Origin: Selaginella moellendorffii | Taxonomy: Eukaryota; Plantae; Lycopodiophyta | Direction of reading: 5' to 3' | Assembly (NCBI RefSeq): GCF_000143415.4 | Contig: NW_003314281.1 | Span: forward strand, 180,417-244,416 | DNA length: 64,000 nucleotides | Program-made: the position numbers and the translations under genes | Notes under the pieces: model-generated | Told to the model about the DNA's origin: nothing | Seen by the model: only the letters and a program-made list of their open reading frames with translations | Database searches by the model: none | Shown here: one piece after another, positions 28,771 through 39,007 of the stretch | Layout: every line of letters starts with the position of its first letter | How positions within the stretch are numbered: the first letter of the stretch is position 1

Positions 28771-31485
28771 TTCAGCATTTTTCTTAAGAAATTATAAAAA
28801 TAAATAAACAATAAATGTGTGAAGATTATTAGTACTTGATCAAAAAATGCAAATGCAATATATTTAAGGCATCATATTTGAAGGTGAAAGTTAAAAATAT
28901 CAACATCAAGTTTAGAATATCACAACTAACTAGTTCTTAAGATGCATTTATATATACATCCTTTTAATATTAGACTTTTGATAAGTCTTTCCTTGCAAGT
29001 ATATATGTATTGTATACTTCTTAAAATGAATCTAAATATTAAACTTTGGGTTTACCACCCTATAATATTTGAACATGAGGTGTTTATAACATTGAAAAAG
29101 AATTAGATATTGGTATTGTATTTAAATTTAATATAATTTAATTTATAATTCAATTTTTATTTGTAAATTACATTTATGAGTGCATAGAATATGGAAAGAG
29201 AATACAGAAATAATATTAATTAGCCAAAAAACCCTAGCTTATAGCAAGTGGTTTGGATTGAAATTAATCTAACAACTACCAAAATCCCACTATACTAATA
29301 TTAATATACAACATCATAGCCATATAGTTGGACCTCACATCATCCCCTCTTCCTTGAATGATGGAAGATTATTAGGGTTTTCTCATGGATGGGCTGAGCT
29401 CTAGAAGAACATCAAAATGAGGCATTGGTGAATTTGTAGGTGGTGCTACCTTTGTACGAAGTGTTTCAGCCACATACACAATTTCTGGAAGATTGGCTTA
29501 TTAAACATCATACCAAACTTCATAAGCTTATAGTCCAACTTGCCGCAACACCCAATATGGTCTTTTCTATTAAGCAAGAAGCCTTTTAGATAAACCACAT
29601 ACCATAAGATGGGGAAAATAGACTAACACTACGTCATTCACTTTATACTCTGTAGGTGGACGATGATGGGAGTGGTAACATTGTTCTTGTCCCACTTATA
29701 TATGGCCTAAATGCTGTTCAAACAAGTGGAAGAATGCTCATCATATACTGATCCCACAACCTAGTATTGGCAGCTCATAGCAATTGCAAAAGTAAACTTG
29801 ATAGTATTGGATTATAACCATATAGAAGTTTATATAGTGAAACACCAATAGCACTCTACACCCTTATAACATACATATATTGAAGAGATGGCAAATAATC
29901 ATCTCAATCCAAAAGTTAAAAGTTCATGGTACTTTACGATCATTCTTTTGAAGGTCTGAATGAGTTGTTCCACCAAATTGTTTGACTGTGGATAATAAAC
30001 ACTCGTGAAAGTGTGGCGTATCCCCAATTGAGATGTCAAAAAATGAAATACCTCAACTATAAATGCGGGACTATTATTTAAAAGAATTTGCTCCAAACAA
30101 GAATGCTGGAACACTATTCAATTAAGGAGGAAGTATCCAATAATGATTGCAAATGCACTAGCAATAATACCGACTTCCACCTAATGAGTTAAATAGTCAG
30201 AAGCAATAATAACATACTTATTGCTAGTAGTCGATCAAACACAACTCAAATGGATGGGAAATTGTAATTGACTCCAACTTTCCTTCTACAGCACAAGGGG
30301 GAGTATTATGAACTTAACACCAAATGTAACTATATACATAGTAAATAACATCACATTGCATCTTCAGCCAATAAAAAAACTTGCGTAACTTCTTAATTAC
30401 ACAATGATGTCCTATATGTCTACCTAGAATAAAAGAATCATGGTAGGTATAGAGAAAGCATGGAATAAAGATCAAAGGCATCATCAGCGGTAAATAATCA
30501 TCAAGACCCATCCCCACAAGATAAAGAAGACCATCCTTAAAGTAAAATAAAAAATGTAAATGCCAAAATGGCAAGTCATCAGCAAATGATATAGAATTAT
30601 CAAACCCATCGTGAAACCTTCAAATATATAGCTTAATTTTTTTAGTCTTGCAAACCTTATTAAGAAAAGGTAAATCTTGCTCTACACCTTATAGACATTG
30701 AATGTTAAATAAAACAATTACTAATAGCACAGAATCTTCATCCAAAAAATCCACAAATGCTAAAATAACAAACTTATCAGAAACATGAGAAGAGAGTGAA
30801 GAAGAAAGAGGAGCTCTAGAAAGGGCATTAGCATTAGCTATAGAACTTCCCGGATGATGAACAACATCAAAATCATATATTTGAAATTTCAAAGCTCACT
30901 AAATAATATGACTAACCAAGTTCTTTCACTTCAATAATGAATTAACTACAGTATAATCACCTTTTAGTAATATTCGAGAACTATGTAGATATGTATGAAG
31001 TTTCTCAAAACCCTAAACTACTGCTAAACACTCCTCTATTATGGAGTAGTTCACTTCCACTAGTTATAATATATAGCTGATATATACAATGGGATAGTGC
31101 TGACCAGGCACATTCAGGCTCTCTTTCATCAACACACCTTTAAGACCGATATTACAAACATCCACATGCAAAATGAAAGGTTGAATGTAATCAGGATATG
31201 CCAAAACCAAAGGAGTCGTCAATACCTCTTTGAGATCCATAAACGCCCACTCACAGTGCATAGACTAAATGAAAGATGATGTTAATAACTTTAACAATGT
31301 TCGTAACAGTACAGTGCGATCAGAAAGATGATAAAAAAAATGACCGAGATACTGCACCTTGCCCAAGAAGCACTACACATCATTCACATACGTTGGAGTA
31401 GGGAACTTTAGAACAGCCACAAGTTTGTCAAAATTAACTTGCAAACCTTCACAAGAAATATAGTACCTAAAATAAGTCGTGTCCT

Positions 31486-32150
31486 TGAAGCTCCTGAGTT
31501 TAGACTTCCCAAGAGGTCACCCAACCCAATACTATTCACACCCAAAGACGCTTAACCCTAAATATCCCAAAACCCTTAACCGATGGAAAAGAGGGTGCAC
31601 TCTTGTTCAGGGGCCCTTAACTTCTATATTTGAATCCCATGGATCATCTTTCAAGTCGTTCTATCTTGCTTGTGAGCAATCCACCACACTTCCCTACAAA
31701 TTCACGCTCTCGTGAACGTACCACACTTCCCTACAAATTCACGCCCTCGTGAACGTACCACACTTCCCTACAAATTCACGCCCTCGTGAACGGAAGCTGA
31801 GAGCCAGAGCTCTCCCGAGAGCCCTGCTCTCTTGACACCCTACCCTCGAGTCGAGCCCAGTGGGAGCAAATTGGACCAGCTAGATGTCAATCAATATGTG
31901 GTGCGATTCCCTTAGCTAGCCAACAGAGTACGACCTGAAACCGCTCTGATACCAAATGTAAGCTCCTGAGTTTGGACTTCCTGGGAGGTCACCCAGCTCA
32001 GTACTATTCACACCCAAGGACGCTTAACGCCAAATATCCTAAGACCCTTAACTGATTGGAAATGGGGGTGCACTCTTGTTCATGGGCCCTTTCCCTTTAT
32101 ATTTGAACTCCATGAATCATCTCTCGAATCGTTCCCTTTGGTTGCTTACA
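31486..32150 (-). mobile_element. Cassandra-like TRIM: LTRs 31957-32150 and 31486-31678 carrying a 5S rRNA-derived segment; tRNA-iMet PBS; non-coding interior
   Basis: The minus strand of 31974-32028 is GTTAAGCGTCCTTGGGTGTGAATAGTACTGAGCTGGGTGACCTCCCAGGAAGTCC, resembling the plant 5S internal promoter region. PBS TGGTATCAGAGC at 31943-31954. TGTAAGC..GCTTACA termini. Confidence 0.9.
31683..31792. repeat. 37-bp tandem repeat x3 inside the Cassandra-like element
   Basis: ACCACACTTCCCTACAAATTCACGC(C/T)CTCGTGAACG(T) occurs three times, each with a TTCACG..CGTGAA hairpin. Confidence 0.92.
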
Positions 32151-35100
32151 CAAATATGCACTTCGACTACTTTAGCTTTAAATAAACTTTTCGTAGTCAA
32201 TCCAACACCTTACGAACATCATAGACGTGTTCCTCCCACATCCCCTCTGAGTGGATCAAAACATTATCGATAAAGTTAATAGTCACATCTAACATATTGC
32301 AAAGAACCTAATCCATCATCTACTAAAAAGTTGTTGAAACATTTATCAAACAAAACAGCATCACTAAGAACTCATACAAATCAAACGATACTTAGGAATA
32401 TCTTCTTCGACCATCGATAATTGCAAGTACATAGAAGCAAGATCTAACTTGGTAAACTAATAACTTCTCCTCAGACAATTTAAAAAATCAACAGTGTGAA
32501 AAGAAGGGTACACGTCTAGGATTGTCACTTCGTTTAATGGATAATAATCAATGCAAAAATAAATACTCCTATCAGGCTTTTTCACAAGATGAGATTCACA
32601 TGCCTAAAGACTCCATGATTTTCAAATAACACCATTTTTTAATATCTCTTTGATGTTTGCATATAAAATTTTGATCTCTTTAGGTGATCAATAATGACAG
32701 GAACCTTGATTAGACAAGAGTCCCTAGTTGGAATAGAATGACATGTTGCAATCTTAGCCCCAAATGACAAGTCAAATTCAAAGAGATCATCATATTTCTT
32801 TATGAGCTGGTCAACCACTGCAACATAAAGACTATCAGAAGGATTGGAGAAAGAAAAAGAAGAATAAGATAGAAACATAGGAGGAAGTAATAGGGAGACA
32901 AAGTGATAAAAATAAAGGTAAAAGCAAAAGGACGAAGAAATACTAAAGTGAGAGGAATGAAAGAAATATAAGGAAGTATGACACAAGGGGGAGAAGCCTC
33001 AAAGTCACACTTAGCATGATTGCATCACAACTAATCTATACCAAGGATAAGGTCAAAAACTTGATTCAACACCACTTGCAAAGATTGCAACTCAAGCTTA
33101 AGATTGCCCATATGTACAACTAAGTTTGCCTCATCCCATGCACATGCTTATGTACGGCCATTGTTATAGAGAATGAAAATTGGCTTTGCCACACAATGCA
33201 AATATAAACAACAACATGTGGTAACAGGTTAAGCAATAAAAGATAAACTTGAGCCTGTATCAACTAACACAAAGAGAATAATAAAAGACTTCTTGTTATA
33301 AAACCAAGCTAGGAAAGTAAACACTAGATGAACTGGTGCCGAGTGAACCCTTTGATGATACTCCCAAAAGAAAGATTGAGGGTCATTAACTTATTTATGC
33401 AAAATACCTCTACTTCTTGTATGACTTCTTGTTTTCTAAAAGCATCTTGGTGTTCATACTTTCTATTATAGCAACACCAACAAGACGTTATTAATGCTAA
33501 TGTGTCCATTTAGGAAATGGAGGTCACCATTTTGGAAAACGGTAATAATGCTGATAAATATGACCAAATTCATTACATGCCCAACAATGGACATCATGGC
33601 CACGACCATGTCCTCACCCTTGTCCTTGCATTTAGGCAATAGTAACATCAACCTCCATTGGAATAGAACCATCTCCCATAAGAAGTGGAGCTAAAAGACA
33701 TGCAGTGAGACGTAGAAGAGACAATATCTCATAATGTTGTGCTAAGTGAAAAACATTGTCAAGGTTGGTTAGAGCAAGTGCATGCACAAGTTTTACAAGA
33801 TTTTGACGAAGTGTTGACCATAACATGCCCAACTTGATCTGCTCTTATATATTTAACTCTGCATGAAGTAAAAGTTTTTGAAAATGAATGCCAAACTACA
33901 TCACTGACTTATATAGCCCTTAATGAAGATGATGCAATTATTAAAAAGAATCATCACAATTGTCAATATGTTGAACTATGTGTTTAAAAATGTCTGGGAA
34001 AATGCTCCAATCCACATAAGTGGTTGTGCTCAAACCATTGTACCATTACAACACCATCCCTTTGAGACACGTGGGAAATTCACATAAATGCTGATTATCA
34101 TCCCAAGAATGATATGTGGCAATCACTATAAAGTGATCAAACTAATGGTACACATCATCCCCAGGATTCCTACAGAAGATTAATCCATAACCATCATCAA
34201 AGTATTATAACCCTTAAACTTCGGCAAGCAAGTGACGAAATCAAGTGTCACACTCTAAAATGGCTATGCTGATGTTGGAATGCACTACAACTTTCTAGCC
34301 TGTTTTTCAATTCTGTACTTATATTGTTAGTATATAGGGTAGGAACATATATAGTCTACTACATCACCTTCCATACTAGATAAAAAAATCCCTTTTTCAA
34401 TGAAGCAAGAGTTTTGCATTTTCCACTATGTCCTACTACCGGAACATCATGATGTTCTCGTAGAAATAATTGCTGCAAATCCTTAGATGGAAGATACAAT
34501 ATTTTTTGCTTATAGAAAATAAGTATGTCCCAAACTAAGAAGTGAAGCTTCACATTGGCACGACTAGCAATTTTTGCTACTTTGCTACCAGAGTTTTGCT
34601 TCAACAACTCCATACAGTGCAAGATTGCCTTTTCCAAGAGATCACTTTCATACAAAGTCCAAACATCCTCCAACCAGTCTAAACTAATTGCCAATGTTGC
34701 TTGGAATTAAGCCTGACGACTCAATGCATCCAGATCGATATTGTCTTTACTAGGTTCATAAATAATTTCAATATCAAATCTAGCGAGCTTCTCTTACCAA
34801 TGAGCCTATGCATTGGCCATCTTCATTGGGTTTTATTCAATTTCTTGGAATAGAATGCAATGGGATAATTGTATCACCTAGCGTAACATCAACCATATTG
34901 TCATAATTTTGTTATAACATAACACCTATAATATAGCCAGATACATCACAATGCACTTTGAAGGGTTTATCAAAATCTGGGATCCTAAGAACAGAAGCTA
35001 TAGTCATCTCCTTCAACCATACAAAAACATGCTGACAAGCTGGTGTCTATGAAACAGTATACTATTCTTTATTAATTCAATCAATGGAAGAGCAATTCTT

Positions 35101-36444
35101 ACAAAATTGCAAACAAACTTGCAATAATATCCCGCCAAACTGAGAAAGGAATAAACATTTGATACAGTGGTTGGGACTTCCTAGGACTTCACCGTTTCCA
35201 CCTTCTTTGGGTCCACTTTAATTATGCCACCACCAACTATATGCTCAAGAAAATTCATGTGCAATTGTCCAAAAATGCATTTACTTTTCTTAGCATATAG
35301 TTTGTGTTCACACAACTTTTGAAACACCAGCTCCAAGTGTTTCAAATGATCCTCCAACATTTCATTGAAAACTAAAACATCATCGATATATAGAATAACA
35401 AATGTGTCTAAATAATTTTTGAATATTCTATCCATCATTGTGCTGAACATTATTGAAGCATTACATAACCCAAATGGCATGATGAGGAATTCATAAGATC
35501 TGTACCGAGTCTTAAAAGCTTTCTTCTTCACATCTTGATTTGCCACCCGTATCTGATGATACTGGACTGCAAATCAAGTAGCATATAATACTTAGCCTTT
35601 AAGAGTTGGTTAATAAGTCATCAATGTGAGACAAAGGATAATTGTTTTTTATTGTGATCTTGTTAAGAGCTTGATAATCAATACACATCCTCATGGTTCC
35701 ATCCTTTTTCATAAAAAAAAAGGATCGATGCTCCATAAGGTGACTTGTTTAGTCAGATATAACCTTTATCAAGAAGTTCCATGAATTACTTCTTGAGTTC
35801 AACCATCTCCTTGACATTCAGATGATATAGAGCCTTTGTAGGTGGTTTAGAACTTGAAATAACCTCAATTTAATGATTAACCTCACAACTAAGAGGTAAC
35901 CCTGGTGGCAAATCTTTTAGAAAGATAACCTGATTCCATGCCAACAACTCTAATATCTTCTTTGGTATAAGATACCCTATCACCGATTTAAACTAAGTCA
36001 CCATCACCCTCAACTTCCATCACTTAAACCCAAAAAGTTTGACATCCCTTTTTAACTACTTTTTTAGCAGCTCTCACAATTAAGAACTTAGTGTCCCAAT
36101 CCTTTAAAAAAGACTCTTGCAATTCGAAGGACATATTAGGAAATCCTTTTGACCTTAATATGATCTAACTTTGTCCAACTCTATAAATCTTTTTAATATA
36201 TTTGTTGAAGAAATCTATACCAAACATTTGAAATCTAGTATCTTCAATACCACAAAGTTCATTCTTTATTTCCACTTGGATATTTTTATTGGAATATCAC
36301 TCACAAATCTTCTGATTACTTGCCTATCTTCCGCAAACTAGAAGTGTATGGGTGACATTTGCTCAGCATTCAATTCTAATAACTTAACTAAGTTTTCAGA
36401 TATCACACTATGCGTAGCTCTTGTATCAATTATCACTTGGATTT

Positions 36445-38269
36445 TGTGAGACACAAAATCCCTAGGCCCTAAAGTGGAGCCGAAAAGGGTGCCACGTGGT
36501 AGTGGCTGAAGCGAGAGCCAAACGAGTGTAACACGTTTGGACCAAAAGCTCCAACTTGAAAAGTCAAGAGCAGGAGTGGAACTCCCAAAGAAGTGCTCGA
36601 GGAACGAGCACGAAGCGAGCAAAAAGCGAGGCTCCAAAAGGACCAACACATGACACGTGGAAGTGTCCGAGATGGACTCGAGTTGGAGTCCGAAGTGGAG
36701 TCCGAGATGGACTCGAGTTGGAGTCCGAAGTGGAGTCCGAGATGGACCTGAGTTGGAGTCCGAAGTGGAGTCCGAGATGGACCCGAGATGGAGTCCGAGG
36801 TGGACCTGAGATGGACCCGAAATGGAGTCCGAGATGGAGTCCGAGGTGGACCCGAGATGGACCCGAAATGGAGTCCGAGATGGAGTCCGAGATGGACCCG
36901 AGATGGAGTCCGAGATGGACCCGAAATGGAGTCCGAGGTGGACCCGAGATGGACCCGAGATGGAGTCCGAGATGGAGTCCGAGATGGACCCGAAATGGAG
37001 TCCGAGATGGACCCGAGATGGAGTCCGAGATGGACCCGAGATGGAGTCCGAGATGGAGTCCGAGATGGAGTCCGAAGTCGAGACCGAGACCGGGACCGAG
37101 ACCGAGACCGAGACTGAGACCGAGATCGGGACCGAGAACGAGACCGAGGCCGAGGCCGAGACCGAGGCCGAGCCCGAGTCTGAGTCCGAGTCCGAGTCCG
37201 AGTCCGAGTCCGAGTCCGAGTCCGAGTCCGAGTCTGAGTCCGAGTCTGAGTCCGAGTCCGAGTTCGAGTCTGAGAGGGTGAAAGCCCAAAGCGTTCGTCT
37301 CCCAGACCCTGGGGGGTTTGGTGAGCTCCAAAAGTATAGTAAGGGGGAGGACTGCAGTGGAGCCAGTTTGGCCAGGAAAGGCCAGTTTGGCCCAAGAAGG
37401 CTAGACCCAGTGTTGGGTGATGAGCTGCCCACTGGGAAGTCCAAGACTAGAGTGAACACAGACCGACAAGCGGGGTAGCTTGGTGAAGTGTTCAAGAGCC
37501 GGCTCTAGTTCCCCCGGGAGATCGACTGGCCGATGCTCCCAGTCCAAGTGTGGGTGGCACTACCTACTTGGATACCTGGTGTGGCTCAACGGAACCCGCT
37601 CTAAGCCCATGGCTAGAGCACCCAAGGGCAGAAGGCGAGGAGAGTACCTAGGTGGCTTGCGTAAGGCCACGGTGTTCCGAAATGTTGTCCCAAAGGCCCA
37701 GACTGTAGAAAGGAAGAGGAGGAGTCCTCTGGGGTAGTGACCAAGGACACAGTCGTGTGGTGAGGAAGTCCCAGAGGACCGTGGGACTTAGTGGTCGAGC
37801 CTGTGGGTCTCGATCCAGTGGCAGTGTTGGCAAACACGGCCAGGGGCAGAAAGGGACTTAGTGGGGACTGACAGAGGGATATTGGGGAAGGCTATTCCCC
37901 TTGTCAGTGGGCATCCTAAGGATGCTAAGGAGTGGATCTGAGATGACCACTCACGGATGGTTTGCCTAGTCTTGGAGGGCCAAGACGGTGATGCAAATGG
38001 TGTTGGACCACCAGTGTGACCAAGGTAAATGGGCATGGCTTTAGCGTAACGGGCCGGTACGTCGGTGATACCTTGGGTTGTCGATCATGGGATCGGACAC
38101 GTGGAGCACTTGGACCAAGTGCTAAGGTTGAGTGGCATGGAGGCCATTCTCGGGGCTAGCAAGCCCCAAGTCCTGAGTTGGACTTATGGAGGTTGTCAAT
38201 GAGACTCCTCCAAGTGGTCAGAGGTGTGGTTAAGTGACTAAAGTAAAATGGAAAATTTAGTCGCTTACA
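36445..38269. mobile_element. 1825-bp TG..CA insert (probable solo LTR) with 5-bp TSD GATTT, inside the Gypsy 2 protease
   Basis: GATTT at 36440-36444 and 38270-38274. Termini TGTGAG..CTTACA. Removing the insert restores YRHQIQVIIDTRATH. Confidence 0.88.
36660..37272. repeat. Hexamer-based satellite (GAGTCC/GAGATG/GACCCG units, 12-bp and higher-order periods) grading into (GAGACC)n and (GAGTCC)n
   Basis: Seen directly. It generates low-complexity ORFs in several frames. Confidence 0.95.
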
Positions 38270-38333
38270 GATTTGGTGTCTGTAAATAAAGCCTACCAAA
38301 TACATCAATGGATTAATGTTTGTATTGACTACG

Positions 38334-39007
38334 TGTAGCACACCTTATTTCTCTCCCCTTAAGCCAACTGGAAAAGGGGCAATTGCTTGATGAGAGAGCC
38401 CTTAGTGGTTATTTTATCCCCATTTATCCCCCAAGGTTCCAAGGATCCACGGTGACAGTATATCCAAATCTCATCCCATGATCACATGCACTACACTCAC
38501 CCCCCCTTCAAAGATGTCAATGTCCTCATTGACTATTGACTAACAACCCCTACTAAGCCAAGGGGAACCAGCACCTCCATTTCCGCACTCAATCTACCAA
38601 TCCTTTCATTGTGTAGACCAGCTATTCCATGTGAGGCAACTAGTCATCCACCCGTACCGCAGTCCCACGGTGGATACCTTCGTCCGTGGATACTCCACAC
38701 AAGAGGAAGGACGTACGCATGGATGCCCAATACGTACGATTTCAAATTTAGGGGTAGGAATATACCTTGCTCAAGGGTATATTATATTTTTAAGTAGCCA
38801 CTAATCAATGGGAATCGAACCCGTGCCATTTGCTTCGATACCAACTGTAGCACACCTTATCTCTCTCCCCTTAAGCCAACTGGAAAAGGGGCAATTGCTT
38901 GATGAGAGAGCCCTTAGTGGCTATTTTATCCCCATTTATCCCCCAAGGTTCCAAGGATCTACGGTGACAGTATATCCAAATCTCATCCCATGATCACATG
39001 CACTACA
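38334..39007 (-). mobile_element. Young TRIM: 162-bp LTRs (38334-38495, 38846-39007), 350-bp non-coding interior, TSD CTACG
   Basis: LTRs TGTAGC..CTACA differ at 3 positions by eye. CTACG at 38329-38333 and 39008-39012. Minus-strand PBS TGGTATCGAAGC and PPT GAAGGGGGGGTGAG. Confidence 0.95.

Larger units (their letters stand above)
29175..34260 (-). mobile_element. Degenerate Ty3/Gypsy retrotransposon 1 (gag-PR-RT-RH-INT, PPT, 3' LTR 29175-29339), interrupted by the Cassandra-like TRIM
   Basis: VDTGSS-like protease, DYYPLNEVT..DVYP, VLAYPDY..FILHVD, YHDS..GRHIG and YYPQSN. PPT GGAAGAGGGGATGA lies directly before the LTR TG at 29339. 5' boundary approximate. Confidence 0.85.

Noticed and set aside
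31683-31792. CRISPR-like 37-bp palindromic repeats
   Set aside because: There are no spacers, the units are contiguous, and they lie inside a plant TRIM.
31974-32028. 5S rRNA gene
   Set aside because: Only ~55 nt of the ~120-nt gene is present, embedded in LTRs.
36338-37495. Long ORFs with SD, ES, TR and LG repeats resembling adhesin-like proteins
   Set aside because: They are products of a stop-free hexamer satellite, open in several frames on both strands, inside a TSD-bounded insert.
38805-38843. tRNA gene or SINE suggested by GGTTCGATTCCC
   Set aside because: No cloverleaf can be built. It is the PBS-adjacent region of the TRIM.
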